Of a DNA stretch of 64,000 bases, positions 30,510 to 40,302 are shown piece after piece. Location of the stretch: contig JBGARZ010000007.1 of NCBI GenBank assembly GCA_044229975.1, positions 96,001-160,000 on the forward strand, in the 5' to 3' direction. A program made the translations under genes and the position numbers. The notes under the pieces were generated by a model, which worked only from the letters and a program-made list of their open reading frames with translations, did not search any database and was not told the origin of the DNA. The first letter of the stretch is position 1; each line of letters begins with the position of its first letter. The stretch comes from Polyangiales bacterium (GTDB lineage Bacteria > Myxococcota_A > Polyangia > Polyangiales > Ga0077539).

Positions 30510-32408
30510 ATGCGTCGCGGAATGAGCTTGTCGGGGACGATGCTGGCGGGCGCGTTGGCGCTCGCGGCGTGCGACCGAACGGACAGCTCCCCGTCGACGT
30601 CGACGGGCCCTGCGACGACGGCGCGCGTCGGGGCGGTCGACGCGGCGGGCGGGGACGATCCCGCGCGGCTGCAACACGTCGGGCAGGTGATCGCCCGCGG
30701 GGGCGATCCGGCGGCCTCGACGGAGGAGGAGGGTCGCTGCGCGGGCGCGGTGGCGCCGACGGTCGCGGCGGGCTGGAACCTCGTCGGATACCACCCGGGT
30801 CCGGTGTTGGAGGACGTGGTGGCGGCGGGCGCGCGTCGCGACGCGCTGGTGGCCGTGACGCGCCGGGAGCTCTGCGTGAGCGCGGACGAGGGCGTGACGT
30901 GGGCCACGCGCCTGGGCGCCGAGCGTGGGCTCGACGAGCCGTCGCTGGGTGAGCTCTCCGACGACCACGCGCTGGTGGTGATCGCGCAGGGTTCGGCGGA
31001 GCGTCCGAGCGCGCCGAAGGTGTACGTGTCGCGCGACGCGGGCGAGCGCTGGACGGAGCGGGCGCTGCCCCCGGAGGCCGCGAGCGCAGGCGCGAGCGCG
31101 CGGGTGTTTCACGACCGGGTGCGGCGGCTCTTCGTGGCGACGCCGACGCGCGTGTGGACGAGCGTGGATGGCGGTGACTGGAGCGCCCCGCAGACGCTGC
31201 CGGGGGTCACCGCGCGGGAGGTCGACGCGTGCGGCGACACCCTCATCGCGCGCGCCGTGATGGACCGCGATTCGTTCTATTTCCGCAGCGAGGACCAGGG
31301 GGCGACGTGGCGCCCGTTTCGCCTGGGCGCCATCGGGCTTGAGGCCCAGGGGGCCGTCGTGCGCTGCGTGCGGTGGCGCGGCGGCATCGAGGCGGGTCGC
31401 CTGCCGACGCCCGGCTGGTGGAGCTTCGACCAGGGCCACACCTGGGAGCCCTCGCGCTACGACGGCGACGCGACGAGGGACGCCCGCGCGCGCGACGACG
31501 ACCCGGGCCTGGCCGCGGTCACCGACGCCCCTCGATGCATGACGGCGCCGACCGGCGAGCTCGCGTGCGTGGCCCCGCGTCGGCTGTTGCTGCCCGACCG
31601 CGACGTGCCGTGGCGACGCGAGCACTCGCCGCAGCGGGAGATCCGGGCGCCCGCGCAGTGCGACCGCCTGCGCCGCGTGGACGATCGTCGGGTGGTGGCC
31701 TTTGGTCCGGCGTGTGGGCTGTACGTGAGCCGTGACCTGGGCGGGCTGTGGCGCGCGATGTCGACGCACGCGGACGCTTCGCGGCGCGACGCGGTGCCGG
31801 GCCGCGGCGGCGGCGGCTTCGTCGACCGCGACACGGCGTGGCGCCTGGAGGGCGGCCTGTGGTGGACGCGCGACGGCGGGGAGCGCTGGGCGATGGTTCC
31901 GTCGGCGCGCGGGCGGCAGCTCGCGTGGGGGGTCTTCGTCGACCGGTCGAGCGGGGTCTTCGTGCAGCGCGACGGCTGGGTGGTGGCGACGAGCGACGGC
32001 GGCGTGCGCTGGCGTCAGGTGTACCGCGGCGAGGTCTCGCGGCTGGTGACATCAGGGCGCGCCGTGATGCTGACCATCGGCGACGGGGCGCTGGTGTCCC
32101 TCGACGGCGGCGCCACGTGGCGACGCGCGGCGACGCTGCCGGAGGGGCGAGCGCTCGACCCGGCGTTGTCGGTCGACGGCGAGCGTCGGCACGTCGACCC
32201 GAGCGCGCGGGTGCGGGTGACGCAGCAGCGCGACGTCATCGAGCTGGTGCGCCGCGAGGGAGGCACGGCCGACCGCGAGCCGCTGGTGCGCGGCCTCCCG
32301 CGGGGCTGGGTGATGCTGGGCGCGCACGCAACGGCGGGCATCGTCGACCGGGTGCTGCTCACGGGCGGCGCGGTGCTCCACCGCCGCGGCGAGATGGCGG
32401 CGCGGTAG
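30510..32408 (+). CDS. Lipoprotein with BNR/Asp-box repeats (sialidase-like propeller)
   Basis: Lipobox LALAAC; repeated SxDxGxTW motifs (SADEGVTW, SRDAGERW, SEDQGATW, SLDGGATW). Confidence 0.8.
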   Translation: MRRGMSLSGTMLAGALALAACDRTDSSPSTSTGPATTARVGAVDAAGGDDPARLQHVGQVIARGGDPAASTEEEGRCAGAVAPTVAAGWNLVGYHPGPVLEDVVAAGARRDALVAVTRRELCVSADEGVTWATRLGAERGLDEPSLGELSDDHALVVIAQGSAERPSAPKVYVSRDAGERWTERALPPEAASAGASARVFHDRVRRLFVATPTRVWTSVDGGDWSAPQTLPGVTAREVDACGDTLIARAVMDRDSFYFRSEDQGATWRPFRLGAIGLEAQGAVVRCVRWRGGIEAGRLPTPGWWSFDQGHTWEPSRYDGDATRDARARDDDPGLAAVTDAPRCMTAPTGELACVAPRRLLLPDRDVPWRREHSPQREIRAPAQCDRLRRVDDRRVVAFGPACGLYVSRDLGGLWRAMSTHADASRRDAVPGRGGGGFVDRDTAWRLEGGLWWTRDGGERWAMVPSARGRQLAWGVFVDRSSGVFVQRDGWVVATSDGGVRWRQVYRGEVSRLVTSGRAVMLTIGDGALVSLDGGATWRRAATLPEGRALDPALSVDGERRHVDPSARVRVTQQRDVIELVRREGGTADREPLVRGLPRGWVMLGAHATAGIVDRVLLTGGAVLHRRGEMAAR

Positions 32409-32442
32409 TCCCTCTCCACGGGCGACTTGAAGGGGTGGGTAA

Positions 32443-32542
32443 GCCGCAAGGGCGCCAGGGTCGCAAGGGACGAGCCTTTGGATGGAGGGGCCTTCACCTC
32501 GTCTCGGTCCTCTGACCCTTGCGACCCTTGCGCCCTTGCGGC
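32443..32542. repeat. REP-like inverted repeat between convergent genes (27-bp arms built from 9-bp units)
   Basis: gccgcaagggcgccagggtcgcaaggg (32443-32469) pairs with cccttgcgacccttgcgcccttgcggc (32516-32542), one mismatch. Confidence 0.85.
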
Positions 32543-32574
32543 CTTCCCCATCACCCGTGGAACAGTGCCAGCAC

Positions 32575-35500
32575 CTACGCGTAGGCGTCGCTTCGCCCCA
32601 GTCGGCGGAGCTGCTCGTCGTACTCCTGCTCCAGCGCCACGTCGCCCGCGTCGTGCGCAGCGGTCACGGCCCGCTTCCACGCCACCAGCGCGGCGCGTCG
32701 CTCGCCCATGAGCTCGGCCAGCTCGGCCGACTCCGCCTCGCAGCGCGCCAGCACCACCCGCAGGCCCATCGTCGACGCGATGGAGCGCGCCTCATCCAGC
32801 GCCCACGGATCATCGACCCCCGCCAGCCGTCGCGCGCTCGCGAGCCGCAGCAACAGGTCGGCGTGGTGCCGTCGCTGGGCGTCCGTCGGCGATGCGCGCA
32901 GCGCCTCGCGCACCAGCGCCTCGGCGGCCTCCAGCGCTCGCGCCGCGTCGAGGTACGCCCGCTCGATGGACTCCAGCTCCGCCCGCAGCACCAGCAGCTC
33001 GGCCGCCACCGTGCGCGAGCCCACCCGCTCGGCCACCGCCACCGCCGTGTCGACGATGCGCTGACCCTCCGCCCGCCGGCCCCGCGCGAAGAGCGCGCGG
33101 CCCAGCATCCCCTCGATGCGCAGCCGCTCCGGCGACGCCCGCTTGGACACGCCCAGGCCCTCGCGCAGCACGCCCTCGGCCTCGCTCAGCTCGCCCGTCC
33201 GCAGCAGCGCGTCGCCCAGCTTGCGCGCGAAGATCGCGATGGCCTGCTCGGGGTCGTCCACCTCGCCGCGCGTCAGCTCACGCCGCGCGATCTCCAGTCC
33301 CCGGCGCAGCGCGAAGGCGCCCGCGTGGTCGTCGCCGCGGGCCATCGCCCGGTCCCCCACGCGCTCCAGCAACAGCAGGCTCTGGAAGGTCTCCTCGCCC
33401 TGCTGCGCGTGCAGCGCCTGGACCTCCAGCGGCAGGTCGTCACCCTGCGCGTGCCGCGCGCGGTGCATCTCCGAGCGCAGCGGCGCCGGCGTCGTGGCCT
33501 CCACCACCTCGCGCAAGAACGGGTGCGCCCACCGCGCCACCTCGCGACCCGTCGGGCCGTCGAAGGTGATCCATCCGCGTGACTCCAGCTCGGCGCGCAG
33601 CGCGTCGTCCCAGATCACCCCGCTCACCGTGCCCAGCACGTCGGGCGTCGCTTCACCCAGCACCGCGAGCGCCTGCAACGTGCGCCGCGCCGGGGGAGCG
33701 AGCCGCTCGCTGCGCAGCGCGATGACGTCGACCATGGTCTTGGGCGCCTCGCCGCCGCCTTCGAGGTTCCATCGCAGGAGCTGCTCCAGGTGGAGGGGCA
33801 TCACCTCGCCGCGCGGCAGGTCGAGGCTCGTGTCGACCGGCAACCGCGAGCGCACCGACTGGATGATTCCGACCACGGTGCCCGTGTCGAGCCCCTTGAG
33901 GTTGACCACCTCGCCGCGCGCCCACGGCGCATCGAAGCGCGCCCCGTGCGTCATCACCAGGAACACCGGCACCTGCACCGCCCGCGTGTGCAGTCCCGCG
34001 AGCAGCCGCACCGTCGCCGCGTCCATGCGGTGCACCTGCTCGAAGGCCACGAACACCGGGCGACCCCGCACCCGCATCGCGCCCTCGCGCAGCGCGTACA
34101 GCATCGCGCGCACCGCCGCCTCGGAGCGCGCCGGGCCGTCGAGTTCGGGCACCCCGTCGGCCGTGAACACCTCCTGCAATCCCACCCGCACGACCGGGTC
34201 GAGGTCGCCGGCCTCGCGGGCGATCCAGGTCATCGCGTCGGCGTCGGGCGCGATGCCCAGCAGCTCGCGCATGCACCGCCCCGCGGCCGCGTAGGGGACG
34301 CCCGCCCACGCCGCGTCGGGGCCCACGCGCACCACACGCTCACCCGATCGCCGCGCGGCCTCGGCCACGGTGCGCACGAGCCGACTGCGCCCGGAGCCCT
34401 CCTCGCCCATCACCCGGATCGAGACCAGCAGCCCTGACGCCGCGCGAGCGTGCGCGAGCTCGATGAGGCTGAGCTCGGCGTCGCGACCGAGAAAGGGGAG
34501 CTCCCCGAGCACGGGCAGCTCGGGGGGCGGTCGCGCGCTCACCCGCGGCGGCCGCGTCGAGGGGATGTGATCGCGCGTGAACTGCTCGGGCGGCCGCACC
34601 CGCGTGCCGCACTCGCCGCAGAACTTCAGCGCGGGCGGCAGCGCCGCGGAGCACATGTGGCAGTGGGGCTGGTGCTGCGCGAGCAGGGGCAGGGGTTCGG
34701 GGATGGGCGACGGGCGTTCGAGCGAGAGCTGGAGCGCCTCGGCGAACTCCACCGCGCTCTGGTAGCGGTCGGCCGGGTCTTTCTCCATCCCGCGGAGAAT
34801 CACCTCGACCAGCGCGTCGGGCAGGTCGGGCTTGAAGGTGCGCGGGTCGGGCGGCGGATCGCTCACGTGCATGAGCATCACCTGCGCAGGGAGCTCGGCC
34901 TCGAAGGGCAGCCGCCCGGTGAGCGAGTGGTAGAGCACCACCGCCGCCGCGTAGAGGTCGCTGCGACCGTCGACGGCGAGCCCGCGCCCCTGCTCGGGGG
35001 CCATGAAGTCGGGCGTGCCGCACACGTGACCGTCGATGGTGACGCCGGGCGAAGGATCGCTGCGGATCTTCGCGAGACCGAAGTCCACCACCTTCACGAA
35101 GTCGTCGCCGGTGCGGAGCGCCTCGACGAGGATGTTCTCGGGCTTGATGTCGCGGTGGATGATGTCCGCGTCGTGCGCCTCGGAGAGCGCCGCGAGCACC
35201 TGCCGGCCGATCTCCACCGCGCGCGCTGGCGACAGCGGACCGCCCTCGGTGACCATCCGCGCGAGGTCGATGCCCCGCAAGAACTCCATCACCAGGAACA
35301 GCAGCCCGTCTTCGGTGCGACCGAAGTCCAGCACGCTCACCGAGTTGGGGTGGTTGAGCCGCGACGACGCCCGCGCCTCGGCGTAGAAGCGCGCAACCGA
35401 GGCTTCATCCCCCGCGAGGTGCGGATGGATCACCTTCACCGCGAGCGTCTTGCCGAGGGCTGCCTGTTCGGCGCGATAGACGCGCCCCATGCCGCCCGCG

Positions 35501-35655
35501 CCGACGGCTTCGAGGATGATGTACCCGGCGCCGAGCTTGCGGCCGATGAGCGGGTCGCCGGAGCCGTTGCGCAGCGCCCCGATGGGAAACCCGCACGCCG
35601 CGCAGTACCGCGCGTCATCGTTGCAGCGGACCCCACACTGCTGACACGTCACCAC
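32575..35655 (-). CDS. Ser/Thr protein kinase with zinc ribbons, AAA-like ATPase and TPR-like C-terminus
   Basis: CQQC..CAAC ribbon; GAGGMGRVY, AVKVI, HRDIKPEN, DFG, GTPDFMAPEQ; second ribbon CHMC..CGEC; PFLGRDAEL..GEEGSGRSRL; helical repeats. Confidence 0.93.
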   Translation of the reverse strand: MVTCQQCGVRCNDDARYCAACGFPIGALRNGSGDPLIGRKLGAGYIILEAVGAGGMGRVYRAEQAALGKTLAVKVIHPHLAGDEASVARFYAEARASSRLNHPNSVSVLDFGRTEDGLLFLVMEFLRGIDLARMVTEGGPLSPARAVEIGRQVLAALSEAHDADIIHRDIKPENILVEALRTGDDFVKVVDFGLAKIRSDPSPGVTIDGHVCGTPDFMAPEQGRGLAVDGRSDLYAAAVVLYHSLTGRLPFEAELPAQVMLMHVSDPPPDPRTFKPDLPDALVEVILRGMEKDPADRYQSAVEFAEALQLSLERPSPIPEPLPLLAQHQPHCHMCSAALPPALKFCGECGTRVRPPEQFTRDHIPSTRPPRVSARPPPELPVLGELPFLGRDAELSLIELAHARAASGLLVSIRVMGEEGSGRSRLVRTVAEAARRSGERVVRVGPDAAWAGVPYAAAGRCMRELLGIAPDADAMTWIAREAGDLDPVVRVGLQEVFTADGVPELDGPARSEAAVRAMLYALREGAMRVRGRPVFVAFEQVHRMDAATVRLLAGLHTRAVQVPVFLVMTHGARFDAPWARGEVVNLKGLDTGTVVGIIQSVRSRLPVDTSLDLPRGEVMPLHLEQLLRWNLEGGGEAPKTMVDVIALRSERLAPPARRTLQALAVLGEATPDVLGTVSGVIWDDALRAELESRGWITFDGPTGREVARWAHPFLREVVEATTPAPLRSEMHRARHAQGDDLPLEVQALHAQQGEETFQSLLLLERVGDRAMARGDDHAGAFALRRGLEIARRELTRGEVDDPEQAIAIFARKLGDALLRTGELSEAEGVLREGLGVSKRASPERLRIEGMLGRALFARGRRAEGQRIVDTAVAVAERVGSRTVAAELLVLRAELESIERAYLDAARALEAAEALVREALRASPTDAQRRHHADLLLRLASARRLAGVDDPWALDEARSIASTMGLRVVLARCEAESAELAELMGERRAALVAWKRAVTAAHDAGDVALEQEYDEQLRRLGRSDAYA

Positions 35656-35757
35656 GGCGCTCGCAGCCTACCAGCGCCGCGCACGCATCGGAAGCAGTTC
35701 GCGCCCACTACCCCTCCGCCGCCGCGAGGGACTACTCTCCCCGACCGAGAGCACCCG

Positions 35758-36471
35758 GTGGACCTCCGCGCCGCGCCACGCATCATCACACCCGTGCTCG
35801 GCGCCGCCTGCTGGACCCAGCTCGCCCTGGCCCCGCTGCTCGCCCGCCGCCCCAACGCGGGCGGGGTCGCCGCCGCCGTCCTCGCGCTCGCCGCTCTCGC
35901 CTTCGGTCTGCGCACGTCCGAGGCGCAGCCCCCGCGCGCACTGCTCGCCTACGCGGGCGCCTTCCCGCTGCTGCTAGGCGTCGGGGCAGTGCTCGCCGCG
36001 GGAGCGTCGCCCGCCCGCTACGACGCGCCGGGGCAGTTGGTGGTGGCGGTGACGGTGGTGGCGTTCTTGTCGGCGGTGGCGTGGTCGTGGTCGGCCCGGC
36101 GCGAGCGGGTGCCCGCCATGGTCATCGCGAGCACCGTCCCCGCGGCGACCACCCCCGCGCCGCCGCTGCGCCTCGTCGGCGTGGTCGCGCTGGTCACCGT
36201 GGCCGCCCTCCTCGCCGTGGTCGCCCCGCTCGGGGTCTCGCGCGCCGCGGCCTTCCATGGCGCTCGCGCGGGCGCTGGGCTCCTGCGCGGTCGCCTCGCC
36301 CTCGTCACCGCCGGGGGCCTCACCCTCGCCATCGTCTGGACCTTCCTCGCCGGCGGCGCCCTCCTGCGCCGCGGCCCCGTCGTCCCACGCTCCGGGGCGC
36401 GGGCGTGGTTCTATCTGTGCGCGGCGACGGTAGCGTTCGCCATGCGATACTGGCTCGACCACTCACGCTGA
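35758..36471 (+). CDS. Hypothetical multi-pass membrane protein
   Basis: GTG start; 6-7 hydrophobic segments; first gene of a closely packed + strand run. Confidence 0.7.
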   Translation: MDLRAAPRIITPVLGAACWTQLALAPLLARRPNAGGVAAAVLALAALAFGLRTSEAQPPRALLAYAGAFPLLLGVGAVLAAGASPARYDAPGQLVVAVTVVAFLSAVAWSWSARRERVPAMVIASTVPAATTPAPPLRLVGVVALVTVAALLAVVAPLGVSRAAAFHGARAGAGLLRGRLALVTAGGLTLAIVWTFLAGGALLRRGPVVPRSGARAWFYLCAATVAFAMRYWLDHSR

Positions 36472-36527
36472 GGGTTCTTCTGAAGCCGTCCCCCGTCACG
36501 ATCGCGTTTCGATGGTGCGTCCGCGCA

Positions 36528-36686
36528 GTGGGCCTCGCGCTCATGGTGTGCGCCCTCGTCCCGTACTGGCAGTCGCTGCGCGCGCTCGACCAGCGCGACT
36601 ACGTCTCGGCGCTGCTCGCGGGCTTCGTCGGGTGGTTCATCTCCCACGCGGGCCTGGAGCTGGTTCGCCCCGAGAGCGCCGAGTGA
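36528..36686 (+). CDS. Small membrane protein (start uncertain)
   Basis: Two hydrophobic helices with RDYVSALL and GLELVRPESAE; stop overlaps the next GTG. Confidence 0.65.
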   Translation: MGLALMVCALVPYWQSLRALDQRDYVSALLAGFVGWFISHAGLELVRPESAE

Positions 36687-37612
36687 CCGCGCGCCGCCTC
36701 GCCCTCTCCGTCGTCCTCGCCCTCGGCTGCGGTCGCGGTCGCGCCCCGCCCGTCCCGCGGGTCGACCTCACGCCCACGCGCGGCGCCGTCGTCGCGCGCG
36801 TCGGCGATCTCAGCCTCACCGACCTCGACGTGGCCGCCGTCGCCCGCGAGCGATCGCTCAGCGCCCGCGCCGCCCTCGACGTGCTCGTCCGCGACGCGCT
36901 GCTCGCCCACGAGGCGCGCCGCTCGGGTCTCGCGGGGCCCGTCGAGCTCGCCGACGACGCGTGGCGCGCGCGGGTGCAACGGCTCCTCGCCCGCGACGTC
37001 GAGGCCCGCTTCTCCGAGAGCACCGTGCCCGCCGCGGTGGTCGAGCAGGCCTTCGAGGGGCGCCGCGCCGCGCTCGCGCACCGCGGACTGCGCCGGTGCA
37101 TCCACGCCGTCTTCGTCGTGAACGCCGACGCGGGACTCACCTCCAACGAGGCCGCCCTCGCGCGGATGTTCGCCTTCCGCGAGGAGCTCTCTCGCGCCAC
37201 CAACGGACACCCGACGGCCGAGCAGTTTCGCGCGGCTGCGACAGCCCTCCAGCTCGGCGAACGCCTGCGGGTGGAAGACCTCGAACCCTTCGACCGCGCG
37301 GGTCGCACGCCCAGCGGCGCCGCGTACGTCGACGCCTTCGCCGAGGCGGGGTGGGCGCTCAGCGCCGCGGAGCCGCTGTCGGAGCCCTTCACGACGTCCT
37401 TCGGGGTGCACGTGGCGCTGTTGTTGGAGGAGGTTCCGCCGATGACGCGCACCGACGAGGAGGCGCGGGTGATGGTGCGGGCCGAGGTGATCCAGCGGGC
37501 GCGGGTGGAGGCGGCGCGCAACCTCCTCACGGGGCTGCGCCAGCGGCAGCGGGTGCAGGTGAGCGAGAGCGCGCTCGCGCAGGTGGAGCGCATGGCCCGG
37601 CGCGGGCCGTAG
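36683..37612 (+). CDS. Parvulin-like PPIase lipoprotein
   Basis: Lipobox VLALGC; AYVDAFAEAGWAL..LSEPFTTSFGVHVALL rotamase-like motif. Confidence 0.75.
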   Translation: MTARRLALSVVLALGCGRGRAPPVPRVDLTPTRGAVVARVGDLSLTDLDVAAVARERSLSARAALDVLVRDALLAHEARRSGLAGPVELADDAWRARVQRLLARDVEARFSESTVPAAVVEQAFEGRRAALAHRGLRRCIHAVFVVNADAGLTSNEAALARMFAFREELSRATNGHPTAEQFRAAATALQLGERLRVEDLEPFDRAGRTPSGAAYVDAFAEAGWALSAAEPLSEPFTTSFGVHVALLLEEVPPMTRTDEEARVMVRAEVIQRARVEAARNLLTGLRQRQRVQVSESALAQVERMARRGP

Positions 37613-37614
37613 GG

Positions 37615-38241
37615 GTGACGCTCCGACCGCCGCCCGTCCGCCCGCGCGACCTCGACCGGACGAGCTTCACCACCCCCCTCGAACGCCTCGTCGACTCCCT
37701 CCCCGAGGCCCGCTGCGTGACCTTCATCGACGACGAGGGCGAGGCCGTCGATCTGGCCACGCGGGTGGACGTCTTCGAGGCGCGCGTCGCGGGCGCGGTG
37801 CTCTCGCTGCCGCTCCACGTCACCCGTCGCTTCGCGCGCAAGCACGGCCTCGGCCCCGTTGAGGCGATCTGGATCATCGGCGAGACCCGCTCGGCCCTCA
37901 CCCGCCGGGTGGCCGAGGGGCTCGACCTGGTGCTGGTGCTCGACGGCGCCATGGTGCGCGATCGCGCCGTGGTCGCCCTCGACGTGGGCGCCGACGTCGT
38001 CGCCGAGGCCGCGGGTATCGGGGACGATCCCGCCGTGGGCTTCGTCGTCGACGCGCGCAAGACGCTGTCGGGCAAGCTGCGGCCCCTCGCCGTCATCGAG
38101 CAGGGCGTGCGCCGCGAGGTGAGCGAGGTGCTCGGCGCGCTCGAGGAGGGAACCGTCACCCACGTGCTCGTGCGCATCGATGGCGCCGGCGAGACGCTGC
38201 TGCGCTACGACCAGGAGACTGGCCGCTGGCGCAGGGGATGA
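37615..38241 (+). CDS. Roadblock/LC7 (MglB-like) domain protein with C-terminal extension
   Basis: SFTTPLERLVDSLPEARCVTFIDDEGEAVDLA matches the roadblock alpha1-beta1-beta2 pattern; extra C-terminal beta-rich domain of about 70 aa. Confidence 0.65.
   Translation: MTLRPPPVRPRDLDRTSFTTPLERLVDSLPEARCVTFIDDEGEAVDLATRVDVFEARVAGAVLSLPLHVTRRFARKHGLGPVEAIWIIGETRSALTRRVAEGLDLVLVLDGAMVRDRAVVALDVGADVVAEAAGIGDDPAVGFVVDARKTLSGKLRPLAVIEQGVRREVSEVLGALEEGTVTHVLVRIDGAGETLLRYDQETGRWRRG
38095..38241 (+). repeat. Direct repeat R1, left copy (3' end of the roadblock gene)
   Basis: 147 bp; matches 44270-44416 with the first 50 nt identical and 18 mismatches by hand count. Confidence 0.95.
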
Positions 38242-38516
38242 GCGCGCCTATCGGCCGCGTCGGTGGGGTGCGTTGGCGCGGAGGCGGGCGAGCTCGGCGC
38301 GACGTCGTCGACGACGTACGGGTCGGGCGCGGGGCAGCGCAGCGGCTGACCCTTCGCGAAGTACCGTAACTGGTCGCCCGAGACGCGCGTGCCGCGCTCC
38401 TGCGTCGTGATGAGCGGCACGAGCACCTGCGCGATCTTGAACTGCATCTCGTGCTCCCCCATGTCGTCCGTCGCCGGGTCGATCACCGGCGCAGACAGAT
38501 GCTTCGCGGCATCCAT
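38205..38516 (-). pseudogene. Uma2-family endonuclease, N-terminal fragment
   Basis: DDMGEHEMQFKIAQVL..RVSGDQLRYFAKGQPLRCPAPDPYVV resembles Uma2 N-termini (M.E..H, APD motif); the catalytic C-terminal half is absent. Confidence 0.6.
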
Positions 38517-38525
38517 GACGTCGGT
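38488..38525 (+). repeat. Direct repeat R2, left copy (start of the minus-strand MDAAKHLSAP ORF)
   Basis: 38 bp; three mismatches to 44756-44793. Confidence 0.9.
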
Positions 38526-38706
38526 TCAATCGCGGGCCGGAAGTCTCGTAGGCGGAGGGAGCTGGACCGAACGTTTCCGTGCGCTCACCCTCGCGCACCT
38601 GCGGAGACGTGGGCACGGAGGTGGAGCCTGCGACTCCGAGATCATCGCGTCCGATGTTGCCGCATCGAAGCTCCCCTCTTCGCCCGACGACCGCCGCCAT
38701 GGGCGC

Positions 38707-38794
38707 GGGCTGCGGCCACGACCGGCTCGTGGCGTTTTCGTGCGAGCGCCGCGGGGCGTGTTCGAGCTGCGGGGGACGGCGCATGAGCCAGACC
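38707..38794 (+). mobile_element. IS91-family transposase zinc-binding domain remnant
   Basis: GCGHDRLVAFSCERRGACSSCGGRRMSQT versus the IS91 consensus C..C..ERLVAFSCKRRGFCPSCGARRM; no Y2 catalytic domain follows. Confidence 0.8.
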
Positions 38795-38795
38795 C

Positions 38796-39097
38796 CGGTC
38801 GGGGGAGAGGGCATCGCGCGGCTGCTCTCGGCCGCGACGAGCTCACGACTCCAATGGATCATGGCCGACGACTGCGCGGTGGACGACGCCGGGGCCGCGG
38901 CGCTCGCCCTCGCCACGCCGCCGTCGAAGTTCGTACGGCTCGACCTCGATCGCAACAAGGTCACCGACGCCGGCCTGAAGGCGCTCGCGGCGAGCACCAC
39001 GCTGCCGGTCGGGGTGCGCATCGCGCTCCGGTACAACGCGACCACGCTTGCGCCCGCGCAGGTGCGGAAGCTCACGAAGCGGCGCTTCGACCTGTAG
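38796..39097 (+). pseudogene. Leucine-rich-repeat protein C-terminal fragment, in frame with the IS91 remnant
   Basis: VDDAGAAALA, RLDLDRNKVTDAGLKALAAS (RI-like LRR). Confidence 0.6.
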
Positions 39098-39393
39098 TCG
39101 ATCCGTCGTCGTTGTCGATCGTCCGACGCCCGTCGTCGACGTCCCGCCCGTCCCGGGCCACGTGCCCGTCAGGACCGCGTGCGGCCCCGCCCACGACGGC
39201 CGCGCCTGCGACGTCCCCGGCGCCGGCTGCGGCACCGATCACCGCTGGCGCTGCAAGTCCTCCCCGGGGAGGGGCCTGCGACGGCGGCGGGGTCGTCGCG
39301 ACGGACGTCGGCCTCCGCCCGCCTTCGTTCATGGAGCGGGTGCAGGAATCCCCCGGTGCCCGCGGTGGCACCACCGACCCGACGCGCGCACCC

Positions 39394-40266
39394 TTACCCG
39401 CCGACCCCCAGGGCCTCGGCGACATGCTCGCTGGCGTGGTCGAGGAACTGTCGAACGAGCGGCGGCATCGACCGCCCTTCGACGACCACGGCCCGCAGGG
39501 GCCTTCTGGGCAGCGGGTGCTCGGGCAGCGCCTCGATCAGCAGCCCCCGCGCGAGGCCGCGCGCGGCGAGAAAGGGCGGGAGCTCGGTGACGACATCGCC
39601 GGCCTCGGCGAGTTGCAGGAGGTGCGCGTAGTCGTTGGTGATCATCACGGGGTCGAGGGGCACCTCGGCGTCGCCGAGACGCCAGACCGGCGCCCCCGCG
39701 CTGCGCCAGCACGCGCATGGAACGCCGGCCAGGTCTCCCGGCGCTCGCAGTGGGTGGGCCGCGAGCAGGGTGGGTGACGCGACGAGCCGATGTCGATAGC
39801 GCGCCAGCATGCGCCCGATGTAGCCGGCGTTTCCCTCTTCGCCGACCCGGAGGGCCAGGTCGATTCCGTCGGCCACGAGGTCGACGCGGCGGTCGGTGAC
39901 GAAGACCTCGAAGCTCACCGCGGGATACCGACGGCCGAAGGATCGGAAGACAGGCCACAGCGCCTCCAGGTGCGGCGGCATCGAGACCCGCAGTCGCCCC
40001 GCGACCCCCGAGGCGTCATGGAGCCGTTGCTCCGCCTGCGCGAGCGACGCCAGCGCGGGCCGCGCGTCGGCGACGAGCCGATCGCCCGCGGGCGTGAGCG
40101 CGAGACCCCGGGGCCCCCGCTCGAGCAGGCGCATGCCCAGCTCCGCTTCGAGCTGGCGCAACTGGCGGCTGAAGGTCGGCAAGGGGATCCCGCTCCGGCG
40201 CGCCGCCTCGGAGATGCTGCCCGCCTCCGCCGCCTGAACGAAGAGTCTCAGCGCGTTGAGGTCCAT
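39394..40266 (-). CDS. LysR-family transcriptional regulator (DmlR/CrgA-like)
   Basis: MDLNALRLFVQAAEAGSISEAAR..SRQLRQLEAELGMRLLER; DRRVDLVADGIDLALRVG. Confidence 0.95.
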   Translation of the reverse strand: MDLNALRLFVQAAEAGSISEAARRSGIPLPTFSRQLRQLEAELGMRLLERGPRGLALTPAGDRLVADARPALASLAQAEQRLHDASGVAGRLRVSMPPHLEALWPVFRSFGRRYPAVSFEVFVTDRRVDLVADGIDLALRVGEEGNAGYIGRMLARYRHRLVASPTLLAAHPLRAPGDLAGVPCACWRSAGAPVWRLGDAEVPLDPVMITNDYAHLLQLAEAGDVVTELPPFLAARGLARGLLIEALPEHPLPRRPLRAVVVEGRSMPPLVRQFLDHASEHVAEALGVGG

Positions 40267-40286
40267 TCCCCCGGGCTCACTCCCTG

Positions 40287-40302
40287 CTCTCATAGATGAG
40301 AG
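40287..40302. promoter_or_regulatory. Palindromic candidate LysR operator in the divergent promoter region
   Basis: ctctcat-ag-atgagag dyad; a related half-site (ttcgagag) lies about 40 nt downstream. Confidence 0.45.
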
